From Acidimicrobiia bacterium (GTDB lineage Bacteria > Actinomycetota > Acidimicrobiia > IMCC26256 > JAENVU01): a stretch of DNA of 38,617 nt. The position numbers and the translations under genes were made by a program. Below are positions 17,402-25,383 of this stretch, piece by piece. Under the pieces are notes generated by a model, which saw only the letters and a list, made by a program, of their open reading frames with translations, did not search any database and was not told the DNA's origin. Every line of letters starts with the position of its first letter. The first letter of the stretch is position 1. The stretch is taken from the NCBI GenBank assembly GCA_017882945.1, contig JADGON010000057.1, positions 1 to 38,617 of the forward strand. The letters are read 5' to 3'.

Positions 17402-18776
17402 CCCGGTTCGGCTCGGCGGCGGCCAGGGTTTCTACGGCGACACCCCGCGCGCGGTCGAAGGGCTGCTCGCCGAGGGCATCGACTACCTCTGTCTCGAAGC
17501 GCTCGCGGAGCTGACGCTCGCCATCCTGCAGAAGGATCGCGCCCGCGACGAGACCCTCGGCTACACGCGCGACCTCCCGCGCTACCTCGCTGCGTCACTC
17601 CCGGCGGTCGTCGACGGACGCGTGAAGGTCGTGACGAACGCAGGCGGGATCAATCCGGCGGCAGCCGCCCACGCGGCGAAGGAGACGGCCAAGGCGCTCG
17701 GCATCTCGGGCCTGCGGATCGCGACGGTCCTCGGCGACGACCTCATGACGAGGCTCGGGCCGCTGCATGCCGACACCACGTCCCGGCTCGCCAACCTGGA
17801 CACCGGCGAGCCCTTCGAAGCGTTGCCCGCGGCGCCACTGTTCGCGTCGGCCTACATCGGCGCGTTCCCGATCGCCGAAGCCCTCGCGCAGGGCGCCGAC
17901 ATCGTGATCACCGGACGTGTGGCCGACGCCTGCCTCTTCCTCGGACCGCTGATCCACGAGCACGGATGGACGCGTGATGACTGGGACCGGTTGTCGGCCG
18001 GGATCCTCGTGGGCCACCTGCTCGAGTGCTCGGGCCAGGTCGCGGGCGGCAACTTCTCGGGCGAGTGGTGGACGATCCCCGAGCCGTGGAACCTCCCCTA
18101 CCCGATCGCCGAGGTCGCGGCCGACGGCACTGCGGTGATCACGAAGCCCGCGGCGTCCGGTGGACGGGTCGACGTCGACACCGTGCGCCACCAGTTGCTC
18201 TACGAGGTGCACGACCCCGCGTCGTACTTCTCGCCCGACGTCGTCGCCGACTTCACGAGCGCGCAGTTCGAAGACCTCGGCTCGGATCGCGTGCAGGTCA
18301 GCGATGTGCGCGGGAAGCCCGCGACCGACACGTACAAGGCATTGCTCGCGTACCACGCCGGTTGGGCCGGTGAGACCCGCGTCGCGTTCTCCTGGCCCGA
18401 CGCGCCGGAGAAGGCGAAGGCCACCGCGGCGATCCTGGCCAAGCGGGTGGAGATGGCCGGCATCGAGGTGCGCGAGTGGTGCTTCGAATACTGGGGTGTC
18501 GACGCGCTCGGTGGGCCGACAGTTCCGCCGCTTGCTCCTGGGGTCGAGCCACCGGAGTGCGTTCTGCGCGCGGCGTGGCGCTGCGACGACGAGCGCACGT
18601 CACGCGCGGTCGGGCGTGAGCTCGTGCCACTCGCGCTCTCTGCGCCACCGGCCGGGCTCACCGGGATGGGCCGGGGCATGGCCGGCGCCTCCACCGAGCT
18701 GCTCGGGCTGTGGCCGACGCTCATCGACAAGACCCTCGTCGACCCGGGCGTCACCGTGACCGTCGAGGAGATCTGA
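17394..18776 (+). CDS. AtuA-like DUF1446 family protein
   Basis: ORF 16791..18776 trimmed to ATG 17394, an 8-nt overlap with amidase 2 (ATGCCTGA). The sequence is VRLGGGQGFYGDTP...DYLCLEALAELTLAIL...VVTNAGGINP...ADIVITGRVADA...GHLLECSGQVAGGNF, as in acyclic-terpene-utilisation AtuA homologues. Confidence 0.75.
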   Translation: MPDPVRLGGGQGFYGDTPRAVEGLLAEGIDYLCLEALAELTLAILQKDRARDETLGYTRDLPRYLAASLPAVVDGRVKVVTNAGGINPAAAAHAAKETAKALGISGLRIATVLGDDLMTRLGPLHADTTSRLANLDTGEPFEALPAAPLFASAYIGAFPIAEALAQGADIVITGRVADACLFLGPLIHEHGWTRDDWDRLSAGILVGHLLECSGQVAGGNFSGEWWTIPEPWNLPYPIAEVAADGTAVITKPAASGGRVDVDTVRHQLLYEVHDPASYFSPDVVADFTSAQFEDLGSDRVQVSDVRGKPATDTYKALLAYHAGWAGETRVAFSWPDAPEKAKATAAILAKRVEMAGIEVREWCFEYWGVDALGGPTVPPLAPGVEPPECVLRAAWRCDDERTSRAVGRELVPLALSAPPAGLTGMGRGMAGASTELLGLWPTLIDKTLVDPGVTVTVEEI

Positions 18777-19171
18777 TGGCGAGGATCGCGCTGCGGGAGC
18801 TCTGCGGCTACCGCGCCGGCGACAAGGGCGACATCTCCGACGTCGCGGTGTTCGCCTATGACGACGAGACGTATGCAGTCATCGTCGAGCAGGTGACGGC
18901 GGAGCGCGTGCGTGCGCTGTTCGGCTCGATGGTGCGCGGTGACGTGACCCGGTACGAGGCACCCAACGTGCGCGCCCTCAACTTCGTGTTGCGCGGCGCG
19001 CTCGGCGGCGGCGGTCCGAAGAGCCTGCGGTCCGACAACCTCGGCAAGACGCTCGGCGGCGCACTGGTCCGCTTGGAGATCGACGTCCCCGACGAGATCG
19101 CGGCCCGCCGTCGCCCCCGCCCCGATGTCACCTGGGCCGACGCCATCCTCGACGCCCTCCCCCAGTCGTAG
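18776..19171 (+). CDS. DUF4387-like small protein (usual partner/C-terminal module of AtuA-like proteins)
   Basis: ORF 18710..19171 trimmed to ATG 18776, overlapping the upstream stop as TGATG. The sequence is RELCGYRAGDKGDISDVAVFAYDDETY...LNFVLRGALGGGGPKSLRSDNLGKTLG. Confidence 0.7.
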   Translation: MARIALRELCGYRAGDKGDISDVAVFAYDDETYAVIVEQVTAERVRALFGSMVRGDVTRYEAPNVRALNFVLRGALGGGGPKSLRSDNLGKTLGGALVRLEIDVPDEIAARRRPRPDVTWADAILDALPQS

Positions 19172-19310
19172 GCGTCCAGCCGCGGCTCTCTCGACCCGTC
19201 GAGGTCGATCTTGGCGGCGTTGCTCGCCTCGCCGACTCCGTCACTGCTCCGTCCGTCAACTGTCTCGCGATTGGGGAAAGCAACGGAGGAAGGTCGGCCC
19301 AGGGTAGTCC

Positions 19311-19350
19311 CGGGCACGAAGCCGTCGATAGGCTGAAGGGTCCCCGCCGT
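19311..19350 (+). promoter_or_regulatory. Composite motif copy: CGGGCACGAA-N8-TAGGCT-N7-CCCCGCCGT upstream of the 92-aa gene (TAGGCT fits a TANNNT -10 box)
   Basis: CGGGCACGAA is at 19311..19320, TAGGCT at 19329..19334 and CCCCGCCGT at 19342..19350. GAGGAG lies 8 nt before ATG 19369. Related copies are at 37717..37736, 38152..38178 and 28283..28300. Confidence 0.3.
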
Positions 19351-19368
19351 CACTCGAGGAGCGTTCGC

Positions 19369-19647
19369 ATGGGATTCCTGGACAAGGTCAAGGACACCGC
19401 CAACAAGGCGGCCGAGCAGGTGCAAAAGGCTGCGGAGACCGGCCAGGACAAGCTCGAGGAGTCGAAGCTCAAGAAGAAGGTCGGCGACCTGAAAGAAGAG
19501 CTGGGCGGCGTGGTCTACGACCAGCGCACCGGCGTGACGACCGGCGATTCCGCCGAGCCCGAGATCGTTCGCCTCGTTACCGCGATCACCGCGACCGAGC
19601 AAGAGCTCGCCGAGCTCAAGGCCGGGTCGGAGACGCCGAGCACCTGA
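19369..19647 (+). CDS. Small charged, probably coiled-coil, hypothetical protein (92 aa)
   Basis: ATG with a GAGGAG SD and GC3-rich codons. The sequence is MGFLDKVKDTANKAAEQVQKAAETGQDKLEESKLKKKVGDLKEELGG... Confidence 0.7.
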   Translation: MGFLDKVKDTANKAAEQVQKAAETGQDKLEESKLKKKVGDLKEELGGVVYDQRTGVTTGDSAEPEIVRLVTAITATEQELAELKAGSETPST

Positions 19648-19680
19648 CGGCACGACAACGGGGCTGCTAGAAACCGGCCC

Positions 19681-20067
19681 ATGGCAACCATTCGCGAAAC
19701 CATCCACATCGCCGCGTCACCCGACAAGGTCTGGTCCGAGGTCCGCGAGCCGCTCGCGCTCCTCGACTGGTTCGAAGGCCTCGACGGTGGCGAGATGGTG
19801 GGGACTGCCCGGAAGCTCAAGATGGGCGACATCTCCATCACCGAGGAGATCGTCACCGTGGACGACGACCTCCGCCGCTTCCAGTACTCCATCACCGAGA
19901 TGCCGATCCCGGTCGAGTTCCACCTCTCGACGATCGACGTGCTCGAGGACGGCGACGGGACGCTCATCGTGTACGGCGCGGACGTCCGACCCGACATGCT
20001 CGGTGACATCCTCGCCCCCACGATCGCCGGCGCGGTCGTCGGGATGAAGAAGCACTTCGAGAGTTAG
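19681..20067 (+). CDS. SRPBCC (Bet v1 / polyketide cyclase-dehydrase-like) ligand-binding protein
   Basis: [34 protein letters not shown]... is a typical SRPBCC N-terminus. The protein is 128 aa. Confidence 0.75.
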   Translation: MATIRETIHIAASPDKVWSEVREPLALLDWFEGLDGGEMVGTARKLKMGDISITEEIVTVDDDLRRFQYSITEMPIPVEFHLSTIDVLEDGDGTLIVYGADVRPDMLGDILAPTIAGAVVGMKKHFES

Positions 20068-21092
20068 CCGCCGCTGACGTCTTGGGGCTTGGCCTTGCCC
20101 GCCCCGATCCACGGCATCATCGAACGCAGCTGCGTGCCGACGGCTTCGATCGGGTGCCGTGCCGACTCCGCACGCAGGCGGTCGAAGTTCGGACGGCCCG
20201 CCTCGTTCTCGGCGATCCACTCCTCGGCGAACTGGCCGCTCTGGATCTCGCCGAGGATCTTTTTCATCTCGTCCTTGGTGGACGAGTTGATGATGCGCGA
20301 GCCGCGCGTCATGTCGCCGTACTCGGCGGTGTCCGAGATCGAGTAGCGCATGTTCGCGATCCCACCCTCGTAGATCAGGTCGACGATCAGCTTCACCTCG
20401 TGCAAGGTCTCGAAGTAGGCCGACTCCGGCTGGTAGCCCGCCTCCACCAGTGTCTCGAACCCGTTACGAATGAGCTCGACGAGCCCGCCACAGAGCACGA
20501 CCTGCTCACCGAAGAGGTCTGTCTCGGTCTCCTCTTCGAACGTGGTGTCGAGCACGCCGGCCCTGGTGGCGCCGATCCCCCGCGCGTACGCGAGCGCCAC
20601 CGCGCGTGCGTTGCCCGTGGCGTCCTGCGCGACGGCCACGAGCGCGGGCACGCCGCCACCCTCCTCGTACGTGCGCCGCACGAGGTGACCCGGCCCCTTC
20701 GGCGCGATCATCCACACGTCGACGCCCTCGGGCGGTGCGATCTGGTGGAAGTGGATGTTGAACCCGTGCGCGAACGCCAGCGAGTTGCCCGGCTGGAGGT
20801 TCGGCGCGATGTCCGCCTCGTACACGCGCTTCTGCTCGGTGTCGGGCAGGAGCACCATGACGATGTCGGCGGCCGCGACCGCGTCACCCGTCGGCAGCAC
20901 CGCGAGCCCGGCTTCCTCGGCCTTCGCCTTGCTCGAGGACCCCTCGCGCAGGCCGACGACGACGTCGACGCCCGAGTCCTTGAGGTTCAGCGCGTGCGCG
21001 TGGCCCTGCGAGCCGTAACCGAGGATCGCGACCTTCTTGCCGGTCAGCAGGCCGAGATCGGCATCGTCGTCGTACGAGATCGTGGCGGGCAT
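20064..21092 (-). CDS. ilvC: Ketol-acid reductoisomerase (class I)
   Basis: ORF 20064..21233 trimmed to ATG 21092 (GAGAGGGA upstream). The sequence is [27 protein letters not shown]...FAHGFNIHF...[11 protein letters not shown]...SDTAEYG. Confidence 0.95.
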   Translation of the reverse strand: MPATISYDDDADLGLLTGKKVAILGYGSQGHAHALNLKDSGVDVVVGLREGSSSKAKAEEAGLAVLPTGDAVAAADIVMVLLPDTEQKRVYEADIAPNLQPGNSLAFAHGFNIHFHQIAPPEGVDVWMIAPKGPGHLVRRTYEEGGGVPALVAVAQDATGNARAVALAYARGIGATRAGVLDTTFEEETETDLFGEQVVLCGGLVELIRNGFETLVEAGYQPESAYFETLHEVKLIVDLIYEGGIANMRYSISDTAEYGDMTRGSRIINSSTKDEMKKILGEIQSGQFAEEWIAENEAGRPNFDRLRAESARHPIEAVGTQLRSMMPWIGAGKAKPQDVSGG

Positions 21093-21135
21093 TCTGATTC
21101 CCTCTCTTGATGGAGTGGCGAGGCGCCGGAGGTGA

Positions 21136-21663
21136 CTAGGCGCCCTTGTTCTTGACCAGCTTGAGCTTGCTCGATTCACGCGACAGCTTGGCGAGCGCGA
21201 TCCGGCCCGTCCGCTGCAGCTCGACGATCTCATACGGAGCCAGCAGCTCCGTCATCGCGTCGAGCTTCTCGGGCGCGCCGGCGACCATCAGGGTCATGGC
21301 CTCATAGCCCACGTCCAGGATCTTGGCCTCGAAGATCGACGCCAGCTCGGTCACCTGGGACCGGAACGAGCCGTCCACCTTGACCGTCACCAACATGAGC
21401 TCGCGCTCGACGGCCTGGTCCGCGGTGAGCTCGCTGATCCGGATCACCGGGATGAGCTTGTTGAGCTGCTTGGTGACCTGCTCGATCGGCGCGCTGTCAC
21501 CGTCGACGACCACGGTCATCCGGGAGTACCGCGGGTCCTCGGTCGGGCTGACCGCGAGCGAGTAGATGTTGTAGCCCCGCCGTGAGAACAACCCGGCGAT
21601 GCGGCTGAGCACTCCGAACTTGTTCTCCACCAGGACGCTCAGGATGTGATGCGATCCGTCCAC
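21136..21663 (-). CDS. ilvN: Acetolactate synthase small (regulatory) subunit
   Basis: GTG 21663 lies 2 nt after the ilvB stop. The sequence is [33 protein letters not shown]...RMTVVV..., an ACT domain plus C-terminal domain. Confidence 0.9.
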   Translation of the reverse strand: MDGSHHILSVLVENKFGVLSRIAGLFSRRGYNIYSLAVSPTEDPRYSRMTVVVDGDSAPIEQVTKQLNKLIPVIRISELTADQAVERELMLVTVKVDGSFRSQVTELASIFEAKILDVGYEAMTLMVAGAPEKLDAMTELLAPYEIVELQRTGRIALAKLSRESSKLKLVKNKGA

Positions 21664-21665
21664 GG

Positions 21666-23390
21666 CTAGCGACCTCCCGGCCGGTCGGTCTCGGGACCGA
21701 GGATGATGTTGTCGTTGGGCTGGCCCGCGGGAACCATCGGGTACACCTTCTCCCGGTAGTCGGTGCGAAAGTCGATCACGACCGGACGGTCGTCGATCTC
21801 GTTCGCCTTCTCGATCGTGGGCACGACGTCTTCGGGTGTGTCCACGCGGAAGCCCACGCACCCCATCGCCTCGGCCCACTTCACGTAGTCAGGCAGGTCG
21901 GGCGAGAGGTACACCTCGCTGTAGCGCTCCTCGTAGAAGAGCTCCTGCCATTGCCGGACCATGCCGAGGTACGCGTTGTTGAGGATCGCGATCTTCACCG
22001 GGATCTGCTCGGCGCTCGCGGTCACCAGCTCCTGCGCGGTCATCTGGAAGCAGCCGTCGCCGTCCACGGCCCACACCATCCGCTCGGGCATCCCGACCTT
22101 CGCGCCGATGGCAGCCGGGACCGCGAAGCCCATCGTGCCGAGACCACCGGAGTTGACCCAGGTGTAGGGGTGACGGAACTTCCAGTGTTGGCTCGTCCAC
22201 ATCTGGTGCTGGCCCACGCCCGACGCGACGATCGTGTCATCGGGCGTGTGGTCCCGCAGCGACTCGATGCAGAACTGCGGCTTGAGCGGACCATCCTCGT
22301 ACTGCTCGTACGTGAGCGGGAACTCGGTCTGCCAGGCCTTCACCTGGTGGCGCCACGGGGCCAGGTCCGGCCAGTCGCGCTTGGTCTGGTCGCTGCGCAC
22401 CGCGGTGATCATCCGCTCGATGACGTTGCGGCAGTCACCGACGATCGGCACATCGGGCCGGCGCACCTTGCCCAGCTCGGCCGGATCCACATCCACGTGG
22501 ATGATCTTGGCGTCCGGAGCGAAGTCGCCGACCTTGCCGGTCACGCGGTCGTCGAAGCGCGAACCCAGCGCGATGAGCAGGTCGGCCTTCTGCATCGCGG
22601 TGATCGCGGTGTAGTTGCCGTGCATGCCCGGCATGCCGAGGCAGAGCTCGTGATCGTCGGGGAACGCACCACGCGCCATGAGCGTCGTGACCACCGGGAT
22701 CCCGGTGAGCTCGGCGAGCTCGCGCAGCGCTTCCGCCGCGCGCGCCTTGAGGATCCCGCCGCCCGCGTAGATGACGGGCCGGTGCGACTCGCCGATGAGG
22801 CGCGCCGCCTCCTTGATCTGCTTCGGGTGGCCCTTGAGGTTGGGCTTGTACCCGGGCAGGTTGACGGAGTCCGGCCACTCCCAGGTCATCATCTGGTTGG
22901 CGATGTCTTTCGGGAAGTCCACGAGCACCGGTCCGGGCCGGCCGGTGGTGGCCACGTGGAAGGCCTCACGGATGATGCGCGGGATGTCCTGGGCGTCCGT
23001 GACGAGCCAGTTGTGCTTGGTCACCGGCATCGTGATGCCCAGCGTGTCGCACTCCTGGAACGCGTCGGAGCCGATCGCGCTGAGCGGGACCTGACCCGTG
23101 ATCACGACGATCGGGATCGAGTCCAGGTACGCGTCGGCAAGCGGCGTGACGATGTTCGTGGCCGCAGGACCACTGGTGACCATGGCCACGCCGGGCCGCC
23201 CGGTCGCGTGCGCGTACCCCTCGGCCATGTGGCCGGCGCCCTGCTCGTGGCGAACGAGGATGTGCCGGATCGACGAGTCGATCAGCGGGTCGTAGACCGG
23301 CAGGATCGCGCCGCCGGGGAGGCCGAACATGACCTCCGTGTTCTCCATCTCGAGGCTCTTGATGAGGGCCTGGGCCCCACTCAGCTTCAT
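21666..23390 (-). CDS. ilvB: Acetolactate synthase large (catalytic, ThDP/FAD) subunit
   Basis: ORF 21666..23420 trimmed to ATG 23390 (AGGAGC 4 nt upstream). The sequence is MKLSGAQALIKSLEMENTEVMFGLPGGAILPVYD...GGLGTMGFAVPAAIGAK...DGDGCFQMT. Confidence 0.95.
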   Translation of the reverse strand: MKLSGAQALIKSLEMENTEVMFGLPGGAILPVYDPLIDSSIRHILVRHEQGAGHMAEGYAHATGRPGVAMVTSGPAATNIVTPLADAYLDSIPIVVITGQVPLSAIGSDAFQECDTLGITMPVTKHNWLVTDAQDIPRIIREAFHVATTGRPGPVLVDFPKDIANQMMTWEWPDSVNLPGYKPNLKGHPKQIKEAARLIGESHRPVIYAGGGILKARAAEALRELAELTGIPVVTTLMARGAFPDDHELCLGMPGMHGNYTAITAMQKADLLIALGSRFDDRVTGKVGDFAPDAKIIHVDVDPAELGKVRRPDVPIVGDCRNVIERMITAVRSDQTKRDWPDLAPWRHQVKAWQTEFPLTYEQYEDGPLKPQFCIESLRDHTPDDTIVASGVGQHQMWTSQHWKFRHPYTWVNSGGLGTMGFAVPAAIGAKVGMPERMVWAVDGDGCFQMTAQELVTASAEQIPVKIAILNNAYLGMVRQWQELFYEERYSEVYLSPDLPDYVKWAEAMGCVGFRVDTPEDVVPTIEKANEIDDRPVVIDFRTDYREKVYPMVPAGQPNDNIILGPETDRPGGR

Positions 23391-23438
23391 CGGTGCTCCT
23401 GGGTTGATGGTCCGGGGCACCGTCAGCGCCTCCGGACA

Positions 23439-23465
23439 GCAAAAGCCCCTCGCAGAGCGAGGGGC
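23439..23465 (-). terminator. Attenuator terminator of the ilvBNC leader
   Basis: The minus strand reads GCCCCTCG-ctctg-CGAGGGGC followed by TTTTGCTG: a perfect 8-bp GC stem with a T-run, about 50 nt upstream of the ilvB ATG. Confidence 0.7.
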
Positions 23466-23496
23466 GGAAGCGCACGGACGCGGGAGACGCCGTGCG

Positions 23497-23532
23497 CTAC
23501 GTAACTACGAGGAGGTCGGAGATGCGGAACAT
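23497..23532 (-). CDS. ilvB leader peptide MFRISDLLVVT (11 codons, Ile/Leu/Val rich)
   Basis: The minus strand reads ATG TTC CGC ATC TCC GAC CTC CTC GTA GTT ACG TAG. Five of 11 codons are branched-chain amino acids. The stop codon abuts an 8-bp hairpin (23470..23497) and the terminator lies downstream. Confidence 0.7.
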   Translation of the reverse strand: MFRISDLLVVT

Positions 23533-23544
23533 AGAACTCGTATC

Positions 23545-23571
23545 ATTGCACGGTGTCTGCACTCCCCGCAA
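23545..23571 (-). promoter_or_regulatory. Candidate ilv promoter (TTGCGG - 15 nt - TGCAAT)
   Basis: On the minus strand, the -35-like TTGCGG is at 23571..23566 and the -10-like TGCAAT at 23550..23545, 12 nt before the leader-peptide ATG. The spacer is short, so this is tentative. Confidence 0.3.
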
Positions 23572-23586
23572 GGCATTCACCGGTGG

Positions 23587-25332
23587 TCACGCAGCCGGCG
23601 CCGCGGTCTTGCGACCGAAGGGCATGAACCCCTCGGCGCTGGCCGCGGCGATGCCCGCCGCGACGATGTCGCCGGCCGATCGGTACACCAGGTACCGAGG
23701 CACCCATCGGGGCCCGAACTTCGTGCTGAAGGTCAGCAGCGACTCGATCTGGAAGTACGGGTTCAGGCGCCGGACCAGCCACGCCTCGGCCGCGGCGGCG
23801 AACTTGAGGTCCGCACCCTCTTCGATCAAGCCCTTGAACACGGCGAAGTTGAGTGACACCTCGCTGATCCCGTGCTCGCCGGCCCAGGCCACGATGTCCA
23901 CGATCATCCGCTCGTTGATCCCGTTCGGGCCGACGGGATCCCGGCGCATCGCGTCGATCGACAGTCCTCGGCCGAGCTTGCAGGGGACGTAGCGCTGGAA
24001 CGCGATCGCGGTGCCGTCCTCGTCCCTGGCCACGATCACGAGGCACTGCGGGTCCCGCCCGGAGAGCAAGCCGTCCAGGGCCATGGAGAAGCCGCGCTCG
24101 GGCTCGCCTTTGCGGTGCCGCTCGGCGATCCCCTGCAACGCGGCGCGCAGGTCCGGGCTGAGCTCGCCCTCGCGCATGATCTCGGTGGTGATGCCGTGGT
24201 TCTTGGTGCGGTTGGCCGCCTGGCGAACGGGGCGCATCGCCCGGCCCTCGAGGGTGAACGTCTCCACGTCGATGATCGCCTCGTCACCGAGGTAGTGCGA
24301 TCGCATGCCGGCGTCCTTCCAGAGGGCGAGCCGGTCGTGACGCACACCGAGGGACGCCGGCCGCCACCCGTGCGCGTCACAGCGCTCGATGAAGAGGCGG
24401 ATCACCTCCGGATACGCCGCGGGGTTGCCGATCGGGTCTGCCGAAGCCAGGCCGATGCCGTTGAGGTAGCGGTACGCGAGTGCCGCGCTCCCGTCGGCAG
24501 AGAACACGTAGCACTTGTCCTGACGCAGCGCGAACGGGTCGAGCGTGTCGCCGTCGGTCCGGTCGAGCATCGGTCGCACGCGGTCCCACGCCTCGTGGTG
24601 GTGGTGCGACGCGACCCGGTCCGCGACGGGCGCGAGAGCGAGGAGGCCGATCGCGAGCAGGCTGACAACGCCGAGCACGGTGATCGAGACCGGGAACCAA
24701 TGCCCGAACCGGCCGGGGAGCTGGAGCGGTCCGACGCCTCCGAGCAGACGCGCCACGACCTCGCGGAACGCGAGTACCGGGGTGAGCGACGGGTGGACAT
24801 CGTCGTGGCGAAGCGCGAGACCGAGCAGCCCGTAGGCGACGTCGAAGGCGATGATCACCGGGACCCAGCGCAAGAGCGACTGCCAGCGCGCGCGGGGTGT
24901 CGGCTCGGTGAACAGGCGGCGACCGCGGATGAGGAGCGCGGCGACGACGATCATCATCACCGCCTCTTCGATGTCGAGGCCCTTGGCGACGTGGGTCACG
25001 ACGGAGACGCCCAGCATGGTGATCGCGGCAACGAACGCGAGGCGGCGCCGGTGGGCCAGGCCGCGGGCGACGAGGATCAGCGCGATCCCCATGAGCGCGG
25101 TTGCGCCGTGCGCGAGCTCGCGGATGTCGGGCGTCAAGCCGGTCGCGATGAGGTGCACGCGGCCGGCCACGCTCGGTGTGAGCCCGGAGATGACGTTGAC
25201 GAGACCGGCGACGGCGACCACCGCCGCCAGGACCCGAGCGTCCCGCTGTCGCCGCCGTTGGTCCTGGGCGGGTTTGGCTTCACTCGTGGTCGGCGTCGGT
25301 CCCGCAGCTTCACGAGCGGACGATGCAGACAA
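23587..25332 (-). CDS. MprF-like aminoacyl-phosphatidylglycerol synthase (membrane domain + DUF2156 transferase domain)
   Basis: 581-aa ORF whose first codon is TTG, so the exact start is uncertain. The N-terminal half has multiple hydrophobic spans. The C-terminal half reads DPFALRQDKCYVFS...ALAYRY...RPVRQAANRTKNHG...GFSMALD...PNGINERMIV...NFAVF..., as in lysyl/alanyl-PG synthases. Confidence 0.8.
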   Translation of the reverse strand: MSASSAREAAGPTPTTSEAKPAQDQRRRQRDARVLAAVVAVAGLVNVISGLTPSVAGRVHLIATGLTPDIRELAHGATALMGIALILVARGLAHRRRLAFVAAITMLGVSVVTHVAKGLDIEEAVMMIVVAALLIRGRRLFTEPTPRARWQSLLRWVPVIIAFDVAYGLLGLALRHDDVHPSLTPVLAFREVVARLLGGVGPLQLPGRFGHWFPVSITVLGVVSLLAIGLLALAPVADRVASHHHHEAWDRVRPMLDRTDGDTLDPFALRQDKCYVFSADGSAALAYRYLNGIGLASADPIGNPAAYPEVIRLFIERCDAHGWRPASLGVRHDRLALWKDAGMRSHYLGDEAIIDVETFTLEGRAMRPVRQAANRTKNHGITTEIMREGELSPDLRAALQGIAERHRKGEPERGFSMALDGLLSGRDPQCLVIVARDEDGTAIAFQRYVPCKLGRGLSIDAMRRDPVGPNGINERMIVDIVAWAGEHGISEVSLNFAVFKGLIEEGADLKFAAAAEAWLVRRLNPYFQIESLLTFSTKFGPRWVPRYLVYRSAGDIVAAGIAAASAEGFMPFGRKTAAPAA

Positions 25333-25383
25333 GGCCGACCATCTTACGCGTTCGGGTCCGCGAACCTTGACGACCGGAGGGCC

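Noticed and set aside
17394-19171. Taking the AtuA-like gene as evidence for an acyclic terpene (citronellol/geraniol) utilisation pathway.
   Set aside because: None of the other atu/liu functions (biotin carboxylase subunits, acyl-CoA dehydrogenase, hydroxy-acyl-CoA lyase) is in the window. The lone enoyl-CoA hydratase (11574..12341) is on the same strand but about 5 kb upstream, separated by an opposite-strand gene. The name is historical, not functional.
19172-19368. A possible riboswitch or other known cis-regulatory RNA in the long gap upstream of the 92-aa gene.
   Set aside because: I could not match it to any riboswitch consensus I know (TPP, SAM, cobalamin, c-di-AMP/ydaO, glycine, FMN). 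Only one short hairpin is evident. It is kept as an open question, not as an ncRNA feature.
18856-19707. 283-aa minus-strand ORF covering the gap and the small-protein gene.
   Set aside because: It is antisense to a well-formed GC3-rich 92-aa gene that has a GAGGAG SD. Its own product is low-complexity and has no SD or plausible start context.
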